A DNA stretch of 51,241 nt from a virus (lineage: Duplodnaviria > Caudoviricetes): positions 1 through 51,241 of the IMG/VR virus record IMGVR_UViG_3300042363_001418; one strand, written 5' to 3'. The notes under the pieces are model-generated. The model did not search any database, was not told the DNA's origin, and saw only the letters and a program-made list of their open reading frames with translations. Position numbers and translations under genes: made by a program. This document shows, piece after piece, positions 35,632-44,772 of the stretch. Numbering within the stretch: position 1 is the first letter of the stretch; the number at the start of each line of letters is the position of its first letter.

Positions 35632-36375
35632 TTATAATTTTATTGCATTTTTAATACTTGTATAATATCTTCCTTGTGCTCCAGCCCAGCCTAGCCTTTT
35701 ACAAATTGCATTTAAGCTGACTCCGTTTGAATGTAATTGTTTTATTAAACTTAAATTGTCTTTTATAGTATTATCTATTTTATTCATTTTTTCTTTATGA
35801 GCCGCTTTACATTCTTGTGAGCAATATCTATTAAAGATACGTCGAGATTTAGCTTCAAAGGAAATAGAATTAAAGAGCTTATCACAGTGCTTACACTTTA
35901 ATTTTGTTTTGTCGAAATTAATTACTCTACCTCTTTCCCAACCGCTACGCAAAAATGTATCTATTTGTTCATTTTTAATTTTTTTACTGACTTGTAGTTC
36001 TTTCGAAAATACCCATGTTGTACCGTATTGATTGTTAGAAGCTCCTTTTTGTTTCAAAGATATTTGCTTAGAGTATTTTGTTCTCAACCATCCGTATAAT
36101 CTATTTTTCGAATACTTCCTGCCTTTATTGCATTTACTTGAAACAGTCATCATCATTGCTGCATGAGTTAATTTTATATTGTTAGGATATACTTTTATTA
36201 ATAATTGATGCGCTATATAGTGCTCGCGTGGTGTCAAAAATACTAAATTTTCTTTTTCATCGCTTCCACCTACACATCTCGGTATAATATGATGTTTTTC
36301 GTAGTACTGGTCACTAATTAACTCCCTATTAATAGATCTATTAATTAAGTTATTATAAGCTGCGCCATAATTCAT
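35632..36375 (-). CDS. HNH homing endonuclease
   Basis: EKHHIIPRCVGGSD..NLV.LTPREHYIAH. Confidence 0.85.
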   Translation of the reverse strand: MNYGAAYNNLINRSINRELISDQYYEKHHIIPRCVGGSDEKENLVFLTPREHYIAHQLLIKVYPNNIKLTHAAMMMTVSSKCNKGRKYSKNRLYGWLRTKYSKQISLKQKGASNNQYGTTWVFSKELQVSKKIKNEQIDTFLRSGWERGRVINFDKTKLKCKHCDKLFNSISFEAKSRRIFNRYCSQECKAAHKEKMNKIDNTIKDNLSLIKQLHSNGVSLNAICKRLGWAGAQGRYYTSIKNAIKL

Positions 36376-36462
36376 ATTAATATTTATGCTACTTCTACTT
36401 TTTTATTAGAATTAGAAAGAGTTTTCTTTCTCTCTTTAACATCTGTTACATATATAAATAAT

Positions 36463-36885
36463 GTGACAGTTATGGCAGATAAAGATCCTTATATATACAG
36501 AATACGTACAGTTAATAAAATTGTAGATGGTGACACAATAGATGCAGATATTGATCTGGGATTTGATATCTCATTAGCAAAGAGAATAAGATTAGGAGGT
36601 ATTGATACTCCTGAGAGTAGAACAACTGATCTAAAAGAAAAAGCTCTCGGCTTAGAGTCAAAGGAGTGGTTAAAGAAGAAGCTTGAAGGTGCAAAGAATA
36701 TCCTTATTAAGACCGAGCTTCCCGACTCAACAGAGAAGTACGGTAGAATTATCGGTCACTTGTTCATTAACGAACAAACAACATCCCTCAATAATCAGAT
36801 GATCAATGAGGGATATGCTTGGAATTACGATGGTGGTACGAAAAAGAAAGACTATGCTGAGCTAGAAGCTAAGCGTAAAAAGTAG
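36463..36885 (+). CDS. Thermonuclease (SNase-like)
   Basis: IVDGDTID, RIRLGGIDTPE, KYGRI; start may be 36472. Confidence 0.9.
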   Translation: MTVMADKDPYIYRIRTVNKIVDGDTIDADIDLGFDISLAKRIRLGGIDTPESRTTDLKEKALGLESKEWLKKKLEGAKNILIKTELPDSTEKYGRIIGHLFINEQTTSLNNQMINEGYAWNYDGGTKKKDYAELEAKRKK

Positions 36886-36887
36886 TC

Positions 36888-37577
36888 TTAATTTCTGCGT
36901 CTTATAATTAACAGAGCAGCTAATCCTAGAGGTAAAAGCATTGAGGTGCTTATTTCTGGTATAGCAGGTTGTCCTATAATAACACCTTCAACGTTTGGAG
37001 CTGCCTCGTTAATATAGAATGCATCCATTCCAAAGCAGAATGCCCCTTCGCCGTAGATGCGGAACAGATCGATGTTATCAAACTCATTATTTAAAATGAT
37101 ATTTGATACCTCACCAATGCCCCAGTCTTCGCTAGGTAACATATACGGAGCTGTTACTGCTGCACCATTACGGTAACCTTGAACGTAAATATGCTCATGA
37201 CCTGAAGCTGTTGCTCCTCCGTGTTGTGTATTAGATGTAATAATGAAGTAGTTAAGATCAAAAGTTGAGCCATTGATACTATGAATGTCGATTGACTCTA
37301 ATCCAGATACCCAGTGACCGTGAATAACATCATTATCTGACCCATCATAATAACTACCTACAGTTTGTGGAGAGTAATCACCTGTAGAAGATACGTAATT
37401 CAATTGAAAGCCACTCTCAACATATGACACTATATTAAAATAGATTCCGTTTTGAGTAGTTACGTGTGTATTGTTGTTAGCATCTGTTGCAGTGCCTCCT
37501 GTAAAGGTTATAACTGCTGCTTCTGCACTGAACATCATCAATGCACCGATTAGTGTTGTTAGTATTGTTTTTTTCAT
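36888..37577 (-). CDS. PEP-CTERM sorting-domain surface protein
   Basis: Signal peptide; C-terminal AIPEISTSMLLPLGLAALLIIRRRN. Confidence 0.8.
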   Translation of the reverse strand: MKKTILTTLIGALMMFSAEAAVITFTGGTATDANNNTHVTTQNGIYFNIVSYVESGFQLNYVSSTGDYSPQTVGSYYDGSDNDVIHGHWVSGLESIDIHSINGSTFDLNYFIITSNTQHGGATASGHEHIYVQGYRNGAAVTAPYMLPSEDWGIGEVSNIILNNEFDNIDLFRIYGEGAFCFGMDAFYINEAAPNVEGVIIGQPAIPEISTSMLLPLGLAALLIIRRRN

Positions 37578-37753
37578 TTTTTGAATTTCTTTCCGAGATT
37601 TGTAAGGCCTTTAATTGCCGATTGTAAAAGTTTACCAAGCTTGCTATCCTTTGGAACAAAGCATGCTAGTGTTGAGAGTATACCAACAGCAGCAACAGAA
37701 AAGTCTATAGTTTGTTGCTGTACAGGTTTTAATGCTTCAATTATTGCGTCCAT
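37574..37753 (-). CDS. Small membrane protein (59 aa, not in ORF track)
   Basis: MDAIIEALKP...VAAVGILSTLACFVPKDSKLGK; ATGA-coupled. Confidence 0.6.
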   Translation of the reverse strand: MDAIIEALKPVQQQTIDFSVAAVGILSTLACFVPKDSKLGKLLQSAIKGLTNLGKKFKK

Positions 37754-37755
37754 GT

Positions 37756-38598
37756 TTATTCGGATTGTGGGTTAGTGTTGGTTGTTGTAGGAGGTACTAT
37801 AGGAGTACCGAACTGATTAGGCTTAGGATCAAGATTTGTTACCTCTTTCTTTTCTTCTTCTAATAATTCCTCTCCCTTTTTAATTTGTTCTTGTTCAGCA
37901 GGGGTGAGAGGAGGACCTACCTCGGTATTATTACCTTCTACACTTGCTGTATTAGTTTCTGATTTAGCATTTGTATTGCTAATTGTTGAACCTGGTGTAG
38001 ATGAAGAAGAGCTAACTGACGCGCCGCTATCATTACTACCGTTAGAGTTGCTCTGCGATTGACTAGGTGTTTCATCACTAATAACGAGCTTTTTAATAGT
38101 TGTGAGAATAGGAAACTCTTTCTCTAAGACAGCGTATATAATAATTCCGTTCTTATATATTACCTGACTCTGTGCATATACAGCTGTACTCATAGCTATG
38201 ATACCGGCTAAACCAATTACCTTTAGTTGATTGCGTAGATACTCTCTGTAAGACTTCTTACCTTGTCTAGTGTTCTGAAGCTTTTGAAACTTTTCCTCGC
38301 TTATGACTGGTTCTTCCTTCTCTTCTTGTGGTACTTCCTCTTTAGGAGCCTCTTCTTTTGTCTCTTCCTTAACCTCTTCTTCAGGTTTTTTTTCTTCCTT
38401 AGGCTCTTCCTGCTCTTTACAATCGCATGGTGGGTTTCTACACTCCTCAAGCTGCTTAAGTAACAACAAAGCAGCATCACGAGCTTTTGTTTCAAGCTCT
38501 GTTCTTGTGCAGTATTCTCTAATAAACTGCTCTGTTATCTCCAGATTTTGATCCGGTTCATTCCTTTTTTCCATTGTTTTAGCGTAGTGGTGGTACAT
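37756..38598 (-). CDS. Membrane protein with Glu/Lys-rich and Ser/Thr-rich low-complexity regions
   Basis: Central hydrophobic helix; TAAATA upstream on minus strand. Confidence 0.65.
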   Translation of the reverse strand: MYHHYAKTMEKRNEPDQNLEITEQFIREYCTRTELETKARDAALLLLKQLEECRNPPCDCKEQEEPKEEKKPEEEVKEETKEEAPKEEVPQEEKEEPVISEEKFQKLQNTRQGKKSYREYLRNQLKVIGLAGIIAMSTAVYAQSQVIYKNGIIIYAVLEKEFPILTTIKKLVISDETPSQSQSNSNGSNDSGASVSSSSSTPGSTISNTNAKSETNTASVEGNNTEVGPPLTPAEQEQIKKGEELLEEEKKEVTNLDPKPNQFGTPIVPPTTTNTNPQSE

Positions 38599-38687
38599 TA
38601 TTATTTATGAAAAAACAGTTGATTTTTCAAAGATAATGCCTATACAGGCTTTTGTTTGCTCTCAAAGGAACTCTAGTATAATTAGGT

Positions 38688-38897
38688 ATGCCAAGAAATA
38701 ACTCTTATATTCTGCTCGTTGATTGGAGCAATGGATCAACAGAATACATTGAAAGTCGAACGAAAGACATGCATACTAAACGTCTCAATGCATTGCGTCA
38801 AACTGCTGATGTTGAATACATTCGTGTCTTAGAGAATCCTAAGCAATCATACATCTGGAGTAATCCAAATTGCTCCCCTGAAGAGAGTTGGATTTAA
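38688..38897 (+). CDS. Hypothetical protein
   Basis: GGAAC promoter at 38667. Confidence 0.65.
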   Translation: MPRNNSYILLVDWSNGSTEYIESRTKDMHTKRLNALRQTADVEYIRVLENPKQSYIWSNPNCSPEESWI

Positions 38898-38921
38898 TGG
38901 GAACTACTTTATAATAAACAC

Positions 38922-39092
38922 ATGATAGAATACATCGTTAATGCCATTATTTACTTCGCTCTATGCTTCACACTGCCGCATGTTTGTATTTTTGCAGCAT
39001 TTGAATCTAAAAGCAAATATACTAAGGTAAACGCAATTATTGCATTTGCTGCATTTGTTTATCTCGGACTTTACTGCATGAACTTTCGATAA
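38922..39092 (+). CDS. Small two-TM membrane protein
   Basis: GGAAC promoter at 38900; 56 aa. Confidence 0.6.
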   Translation: MIEYIVNAIIYFALCFTLPHVCIFAAFESKSKYTKVNAIIAFAAFVYLGLYCMNFR

Positions 39093-39094
39093 TT

Positions 39095-39253
39095 ATGGAA
39101 CCAAAAGATACATCAAAAAGACATTTTTATATCTCGCTAGTTAAATCGCTTTTTAGGATCGCTGCAGGTACTGCACTAATCTTCGGATGCGTAATTGGTG
39201 CAGGAGCTCTTCTAGTAATTGCTGAAGTTCTCGGTATTGCAGAAGAACTATAA
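39095..39253 (+). CDS. Small phage membrane protein
   Basis: HFYISLVKS.FRIAAG...AEVLGIAEEL. Confidence 0.65.
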   Translation: MEPKDTSKRHFYISLVKSLFRIAAGTALIFGCVIGAGALLVIAEVLGIAEEL

Positions 39254-39269
39254 CAAGGTAAATAGATTT

Positions 39270-39527
39270 ATGAAAAAGACACTAACACTAATTGCTGCAG
39301 GGCTACTAGCTCTTTCAGCATCATGCACATATAACACTAACGGTAGCCATAACTCTAAAGGAGCTTGTGTTCCTATTGTACAGCCTGCGCCTGTAGTTGT
39401 TCAACCTGTGGTCAGACCTGTTTATGTAGAGCCTGTCGTAGAGACGGTACAGCTATCAGTTAGAACTTATTCTTATCGCCCAGCTGTAATTCCTCCTCGT
39501 TGTTACAGCTATCTCTACATCGAATAA
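39270..39527 (+). CDS. Pro/Val-rich lipoprotein
   Basis: MKKTLTLIAAGLLALSASC lipobox. Confidence 0.65.
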   Translation: MKKTLTLIAAGLLALSASCTYNTNGSHNSKGACVPIVQPAPVVVQPVVRPVYVEPVVETVQLSVRTYSYRPAVIPPRCYSYLYIE

Positions 39528-39611
39528 TTATAGGAACTAAGATATAATTAGGAGTAGAGAAAATAAAGAATCTCAGTTGAGAAAACAAAAACATAGAATA
39601 CAATAATACAT

Positions 39612-39833
39612 ATGAAGAAGAACTGTGAAACCTGGTCAGAATACCTCGCAAATCCAAATGTGCGTCCTAAAACCTTTAACCTTACCGTTCAGCGCAATCA
39701 GCGTGGTGAGTTTGAAGTTGTTGGTCGCGGCGCTTATATGAAGCACGATATGGGCGGTAAAGCGGAATGGGTGAGTGTTGATGCTCGTGATATTGCTCGT
39801 GCTATCCGCAACAGCGGCATTAGCGCTAAGTAA
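39612..39833 (+). CDS. Hypothetical protein, paralogue of 40592-40813
   Basis: W.EYL.N.NVRPK.FN...EWV.VD.RD.ARA.RN. Confidence 0.75.
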   Translation: MKKNCETWSEYLANPNVRPKTFNLTVQRNQRGEFEVVGRGAYMKHDMGGKAEWVSVDARDIARAIRNSGISAK

Positions 39834-40455
39834 TAATAAACAAACTAATAACCGCTCTCTCTGCTTGCGCGGAGAGAGCTTTTTTTGTTCTTTGTCTTTG
39901 TGAAATGCTCATTTTATTGCGTGTTTCAGTAGATACTCCGTTTTTATACTTACAAGCAGCACTGCAAAATTTTCTAATTCCTTTACTTTTATAGTCAGTA
40001 AACTCGCAAATGCATTCTACACATCTATGTGTAAGTTTTTGTGTACTATTTTTATGTGCTAGAGACCTACACCTATAGCTACAGAAAGTAAACATTTTTA
40101 TGTAGTAGGGTCGTACGTTCTGCTCTATACCGCATTGTTTACATTTAAACACTACCCGTTCTTTAGCCTTATGCTCACTCAACCTCTCTTTAATCCACCC
40201 ATATAATTTATTATTACAAAACCTATTACCGCTCATTTTCACTAAAGCATAAACCAACTTAGGATTGTTTGGATGTATTTTGACAAGTAGCTGATGAGCT
40301 AGATAATGCTCTTCTGGAGTCAAATCCACTAAATTAGATACATCGTCTTGTCCTCCTAAACATCTAGGTGTAATGTGATGTCTTTCTTTGTAGCAATTAA
40401 GGGTTCTTTCTTTAGCTCTGCCTATAATTCTCTCGTATATTTTTTGGTAGTTCAT
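39826..40455 (-). CDS. HNH homing endonuclease with zinc-ribbon repeats
   Basis: ERHHITPRCLGGQD..NLVDLTPEEHYLAH; start MNYQK at 40455 (alternative 40464). Confidence 0.85.
   Translation of the reverse strand: MNYQKIYERIIGRAKERTLNCYKERHHITPRCLGGQDDVSNLVDLTPEEHYLAHQLLVKIHPNNPKLVYALVKMSGNRFCNNKLYGWIKERLSEHKAKERVVFKCKQCGIEQNVRPYYIKMFTFCSYRCRSLAHKNSTQKLTHRCVECICEFTDYKSKGIRKFCSAACKYKNGVSTETRNKMSISQRQRTKKALSAQAERAVISLFIIT
39854..39886 (+). terminator. Rho-independent terminator
   Basis: gctctctctgc ttgc gcggagagagc ttttttt. Confidence 0.75.
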
Positions 40456-40491
40456 GTCTCGCATTATTATTTATAAAAGATAAATAACTTT

Positions 40492-40558
40492 ACGCTATTC
40501 TTGGTTTAGTAAATTCATGTCTCGCACACATTTTTTAGCTTAATTCCAAGAATAGCGT
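40492..40558 (+). ncRNA. Putative hairpin antisense sRNA to the adjacent HNH start
   Basis: Stem acgctattcttgg/ccaagaatagcgt; loop 40514-40526 is identical to 40451-40463; TAAATA at 40481; T-tract follows. Confidence 0.55.
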
Positions 40559-40591
40559 TGTTTTTAAATAGGAACTATCGTATAATTAGGT

Positions 40592-40813
40592 ATGAAGAAA
40601 CAAAATGAAAGTTGGGCAGAGTACCTCAATAACAAAAACGTGCGACCAAAACAATTCAACGTCACCTTCCGTCGTACCACGACTGGTGAGTTTGAGATCG
40701 TTGGTCATCAAGCATTCATGGAAGCCAATCAAGGCCGCACTTCCGAGTGGGTCCGCGTTGACTCCCGCGACCTTGCTCGTGCCCTCCGTAACAATGGTAT
40801 CATTGTTAAGTAA
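40592..40813 (+). CDS. Hypothetical protein, paralogue of 39612-39833
   Basis: Shared motifs; GGAAC promoter at 40571. Confidence 0.75.
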   Translation: MKKQNESWAEYLNNKNVRPKQFNVTFRRTTTGEFEIVGHQAFMEANQGRTSEWVRVDSRDLARALRNNGIIVK

Positions 40814-40833
40814 TACATAATAACCATAACTAA

Positions 40834-40863
40834 AACCTCCGAGGGCAACCTCGGAGGTTCTTT
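40834..40863 (+). terminator. Rho-independent terminator
   Basis: aacctccgagg gcaa cctcggaggtt cttt. Confidence 0.75.
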
Positions 40864-40893
40864 ATTCTAAAGGAACTACCTTATAATTTTAAT

Positions 40894-41109
40894 ATGAAAC
40901 CGAAATACGAAATTGCATTCAACTCTCTCATTAAAGAGTTAAACGATATTATCAAATACAACGAACAAACAATTCAAGAGGTTCTTCCTGATCAACGCTT
41001 TATCGAAGCACTTCATTATCAGATTGAGAACTCTGCTATTGAGAAGGTGATTGATCTTATTGAAGATACTCTCAAGGAGCTTGCTGAAGAACAACAATCC
41101 AAACAATAA
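40894..41109 (+). CDS. Hypothetical protein
   Basis: GGAAC promoter at 40872. Confidence 0.65.
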   Translation: MKPKYEIAFNSLIKELNDIIKYNEQTIQEVLPDQRFIEALHYQIENSAIEKVIDLIEDTLKELAEEQQSKQ

Positions 41110-41110
41110 T

Positions 41111-41329
41111 ATGCAAATTAAATTTCTAAACGACGAGGCATTTAAAACAGGCTACACTCTCCTACACGGTCATAACTTCGTCTTTGATACATACAAATCA
41201 GAACGCACAATGAAGTTCTTTTACCTAGAGATGTTAGAGAAGGCAGTGAGTATGCTCACATCACGCAATCTACAAGAGGGCTCTGATTATACTATTGAAG
41301 AGAGTGAGCGATTATGCGCTTTGGTTTAG
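41111..41329 (+). CDS. Hypothetical protein
   Basis: Start MQIKF at 41111. Confidence 0.6.
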   Translation: MQIKFLNDEAFKTGYTLLHGHNFVFDTYKSERTMKFFYLEMLEKAVSMLTSRNLQEGSDYTIEESERLCALV

Positions 41330-41349
41330 TCAGTGACTAAATATAGTAT

Positions 41350-41682
41350 ATGCGGTTAAGCGTCATAGAAATAGAGGAAGATTATAACGGCGGTGTAATC
41401 TTTACAGATATTACATATTCTAATGGAAGTACAATTGAGGACTACGAGGATTTTATTGACCCTACATCATATTATAAATGGAAAAAAAGTAAAGATAAGG
41501 GCGTAAAGTTTTATAGAGAGTCACAAGGTAACACGGTAATAATTCTTGAAACTAGCCCCTACTATAATCTGATAATGTTTGACTCAGTATGTTTAAATAG
41601 CTCTGTGTCTAGGCTTAAGGATTACGGAGTAAGTGATGCAATCATAAACTTGCTTGCGGTTATAAAGGTTCCTATAAATTAA
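41350..41682 (+). CDS. PETHPLFN-family paralogue (divergent)
   Basis: MRLS; GVKFY...ILETSPYYN; GACTAAATA upstream. Confidence 0.7.
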   Translation: MRLSVIEIEEDYNGGVIFTDITYSNGSTIEDYEDFIDPTSYYKWKKSKDKGVKFYRESQGNTVIILETSPYYNLIMFDSVCLNSSVSRLKDYGVSDAIINLLAVIKVPIN

Positions 41683-41708
41683 TAAAGGAACTCTGTTATA
41701 ATCAGAGT

Positions 41709-41882
41709 ATGAACAAAACGAAACAAGGCTGGGAAGCACCACAAGCTAAGACAATTAAATCTGTTGATGTCTCTAGGGTTGTATATAAACTAGAAGCAAA
41801 GAAGAATCCTTATCTTAGACCTCCTAGCTACCGCAAACAAAAGTCTATTTCGCTTTTCGGAACTAACTCAGAATGCTACTAA
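41709..41882 (+). CDS. Small basic hypothetical protein
   Basis: GGAAC promoter at 41687. Confidence 0.6.
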   Translation: MNKTKQGWEAPQAKTIKSVDVSRVVYKLEAKKNPYLRPPSYRKQKSISLFGTNSECY

Positions 41883-41883
41883 T

Positions 41884-42030
41884 ATGCCAACACTTCTTAC
41901 AAAATTATTTAATAACCGTAAAGCTAAAAAACCAATCTACGGATGGTCCATATTTGCAATGGATGATAAAATTCAATTAACTAGACGAGTGACAGAAGCA
42001 CAAAGAAAGCAAGCATTACAGTTGCACTAA
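41884..42030 (+). CDS. Small hypothetical protein
   Basis: 48-aa coupled ORF. Confidence 0.5.
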   Translation: MPTLLTKLFNNRKAKKPIYGWSIFAMDDKIQLTRRVTEAQRKQALQLH

Positions 42031-42055
42031 TACTAATACAAAATAATTATTAAAA

Positions 42056-42364
42056 ATGGATACAGCAATTACAACCTTCAAGGCTATCGCAATCATTTCA
42101 GTAATCTTCTCAGTGCTTTTCGTTGCGCTGAGAACATACGCTTGTTATTGGAGAAAACCGAAAGGGTGCTCAAAGGGATGTGAGTGTGGGGTTGATCGTA
42201 TCATCGACTATGATATCATCTACGGTGAAGATAAGAAAGAAGAGCCAGAGCGTAAGCAGGTGAAGAAGAGAGTATCGGCTATCAAGGATGGTAAGCTGGT
42301 GTTCGAGAAGGTTAGTGAGCTTCCTGCTAAGAAGAAGCCAGGTCGTAAGAAGAAGGAACTCTGA
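42056..42364 (+). CDS. Membrane-anchored hypothetical protein
   Basis: N-terminal TM segment, basic tail. Confidence 0.65.
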   Translation: MDTAITTFKAIAIISVIFSVLFVALRTYACYWRKPKGCSKGCECGVDRIIDYDIIYGEDKKEEPERKQVKKRVSAIKDGKLVFEKVSELPAKKKPGRKKKEL

Positions 42365-42376
42365 TATAATCAGAGT

Positions 42377-42694
42377 ATGAATAGAATAGACTCTCTTAGA
42401 GAGGTTATCGATCAACGCATGTCTGAACTCATGCAAGAGATCGAGATCCTGCAAAAAGAAAATCAACGACTGCGTGAAGGCTTTCAAGGGGCGTGCTATG
42501 CGTGTGAGCCTGTAGCAGAGCTTAATATAAAGCTCGTTGAAAGAGGACATGCACTCTATCGAGCACTTGCATACTTTACGGATAGTTTCTCTTCCTTTAT
42601 GGATGAAGACGGCTTTTCACAGGAGAAGAAAGCAGTAGAAGATTGGAAGGAACTCTTTGATAATAATATACCTGAACAGAACTATGAAGATTAG
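42377..42694 (+). CDS. Hypothetical coiled-coil protein
   Basis: GGAAC promoter at 42355; GACYACEPV. Confidence 0.65.
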   Translation: MNRIDSLREVIDQRMSELMQEIEILQKENQRLREGFQGACYACEPVAELNIKLVERGHALYRALAYFTDSFSSFMDEDGFSQEKKAVEDWKELFDNNIPEQNYED

Positions 42695-43073
42695 AATTGA
42701 CAACATTGGCGCAAGAAGCCCTGTTTATATCGGTAAGCCTCCTGCTAATGCGCATCATATACTCGATATAGTACAATACTATCCGTGTAGGTATTATGGT
42801 AAGCTAGAAGAGTATCTCAATGATGGCTGGGAAGATTGTGGTAACGGCGTCATAAGAAAAGATAACTGTACTATAGGCAAATCTTGTTTTTCTAATGAAG
42901 AGGTATGCAATTCAATTGCTCAAATAGAATGGAATCCTAAAGAGGATTGTACTGAGCTTTCAACTATTGGTGAGCGATTGCTTAATCTCTCCAAAGAAGA
43001 TCGCGACACGTTCTTTGAGGTGTATGAAATTGCAGCTTGGAAACTAGCTGAGACTTATAGCGACGAAGACTAA
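42684..43073 (+). CDS. Hypothetical protein
   Basis: Start MKIRID at 42684. Confidence 0.65.
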   Translation: MKIRIDNIGARSPVYIGKPPANAHHILDIVQYYPCRYYGKLEEYLNDGWEDCGNGVIRKDNCTIGKSCFSNEEVCNSIAQIEWNPKEDCTELSTIGERLLNLSKEDRDTFFEVYEIAAWKLAETYSDED

Positions 43074-43077
43074 AATT

Positions 43078-43338
43078 ATGGCAACGTATCGAATTATTAA
43101 AAGGAGGTTAAGATTTGATGATAAAGAGACCTATCATGTAGAGCGGAAGGTTCTATGCTTCTGGCTTGACATACTTAACAACTCCTTTATTTTAGGCGTC
43201 GATGGTGTTGCTAACTATAAGGGCTGGTTCAACTCTAAAGAAGAAGCTATGGCGGTCGTCGATAAATTGCTACAGCCTAAGCAAATGAGAGATGAAGTAG
43301 TGTGGACAAATGAACAACCTCCTCATATAGAAATTTAA
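43078..43338 (+). CDS. Hypothetical protein, related to 45579-45848
   Basis: YRIIK...YHVERK..FWLD...EEA...EVVW. Confidence 0.65.
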   Translation: MATYRIIKRRLRFDDKETYHVERKVLCFWLDILNNSFILGVDGVANYKGWFNSKEEAMAVVDKLLQPKQMRDEVVWTNEQPPHIEI

Positions 43339-43486
43339 TAAACTAAAATTATGAGTATGGCTATAATCATTATGTGGATAGCAATAATAGCTTTAGCATC
43401 TCTGGCAACATTTGCAGTATGCTATATCATTTATAGAGCTAGTGATGAGGATTTATGGTACTAAGGAACACTGATACAATAATGAT

Positions 43487-43702
43487 ATGATAAATCTAAA
43501 CGATTATGTTGAGTGGATTTGGCAATGCGAAACGGAAGAGGAAAAGCGCGTTGTGTTTGCTAAAATGATAAGTGCATCGCACGCTACAAGAGCTAAGAAG
43601 CTTCAAACACTGAGAGGTATTCAGACTCTCAACGCACAGAAGCTCGATAGCCTTGCCGTAAACTACGCAATGGCTGGTGAAGGTCTGAAAGTTATTAAGT
43701 AA
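43487..43702 (+). CDS. Hypothetical protein
   Basis: GGAAC promoter at 43465. Confidence 0.65.
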   Translation: MINLNDYVEWIWQCETEEEKRVVFAKMISASHATRAKKLQTLRGIQTLNAQKLDSLAVNYAMAGEGLKVIK

Positions 43703-43723
43703 GGAACTCTAATATAATAAGGT

Positions 43724-44203
43724 ATGGGACTTGACATGTATATATTCAAAGTTAAGAAGACTGCTCACTCTATTAAAGAGCTGAGCGATCTTGATCGCAA
43801 TCCAAAGCCTGGACAGCTAGAAGTTGCGGAGTTTGAGCCATTGCAGCAACCGTATGAGGACACGTGTCCTGATCATTACACAATCTTCCAAGAGGTTGCA
43901 TACTGGCGTAAGTTTAATGCACTGCATCAATGGTTCGTTACTAATGTTCAGCTAGGTATTGATAAATGCGATCTTTATGAACTAGATAAAGATGTACTTT
44001 TTGAACTGTTAGAGATTCTTGAGGATGTTTACCATCTTAAGAATCCTAGTAAGCTGCCTCCCGCACAAGGATTCTTTTGGGGATCAACTGAAGTAGACGA
44101 CTACTATTGGGATAAAGTAGAGAGCAGTATTCAAACTATTTCTAAACTCATCGACGAGACTGATTGGAATAAAGAACGTCTCTTCTATCAAGCCTCTTGG
44201 TAA
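43724..44203 (+). CDS. Conserved phage protein
   Basis: MGLDMY, YWRKFNALHQWF, GFFWGST, YQASW. Confidence 0.8.
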   Translation: MGLDMYIFKVKKTAHSIKELSDLDRNPKPGQLEVAEFEPLQQPYEDTCPDHYTIFQEVAYWRKFNALHQWFVTNVQLGIDKCDLYELDKDVLFELLEILEDVYHLKNPSKLPPAQGFFWGSTEVDDYYWDKVESSIQTISKLIDETDWNKERLFYQASW

Positions 44204-44204
44204 T

Positions 44205-44504
44205 ATGAAACTAACACTAGAACAACTAACAAAGCTCCTTGAAGAATATAAAGAGCTTAGCGATGCATGCGATGCAGCTAGAGCAGCTGGGTGTCTTGAA
44301 ATTGAAGGACGACTGCAAAATGCTATTTGGTCCTCAATAGAGACAGTCATTAGCTTCTTTGATCCAGAAGGATGGATCATGTGGCATATTTTAGAGAATG
44401 AATATGGTACTAAGGAGTATGAAGCTGGTTATGGTAGCAATATGAAGAATATCAAAACTCCTGAAGATCTTCTCTGGCTTATGAACACACGCTCTAACGA
44501 CTAA
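44205..44504 (+). CDS. Hypothetical protein
   Basis: WIMW..EN.YG...IKTPEDL. Confidence 0.65.
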   Translation: MKLTLEQLTKLLEEYKELSDACDAARAAGCLEIEGRLQNAIWSSIETVISFFDPEGWIMWHILENEYGTKEYEAGYGSNMKNIKTPEDLLWLMNTRSND

Positions 44505-44517
44505 ACAACACAAAAAT

Positions 44518-44763
44518 ATGGAAGTACAATACACTGGAACTGAGGATGGAATGGTGCAATACAAATGTATTGATAGAGATGGTAAGGTCTATGGTGTAGC
44601 TGATACCATTCAAGAGGGAATGATTATGGAGACACTAGTCATTGATATGGATACATATGATGAGGTAGAAGATAGCGAGCTATTCAAACGCATTGTGACA
44701 GCGCGAGCGCTTTATCTTGCTGATAGTTATGAGGTTCTCGAAGCTATGAAGGAACTCTATTAA
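44518..44763 (+). CDS. Hypothetical protein
   Basis: ORF in operon. Confidence 0.6.
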   Translation: MEVQYTGTEDGMVQYKCIDRDGKVYGVADTIQEGMIMETLVIDMDTYDEVEDSELFKRIVTARALYLADSYEVLEAMKELY

Positions 44764-44772
44764 AATAAAGCA

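Noticed and set aside
36376-36460. Antisense-loop hairpin for the third HNH (35632-36375)
   Set aside because: No copy of its start region and no strong stem upstream.
38263-38551. Plus-strand ORFs 38263-38463 and 38303-38551, and similar antisense ORFs elsewhere (e.g. 1120-1413, 17539-17895, 33694-34044, 47710-48024)
   Set aside because: Shadows of better-supported genes on the opposite strand; no promoter motif or recognisable domain.
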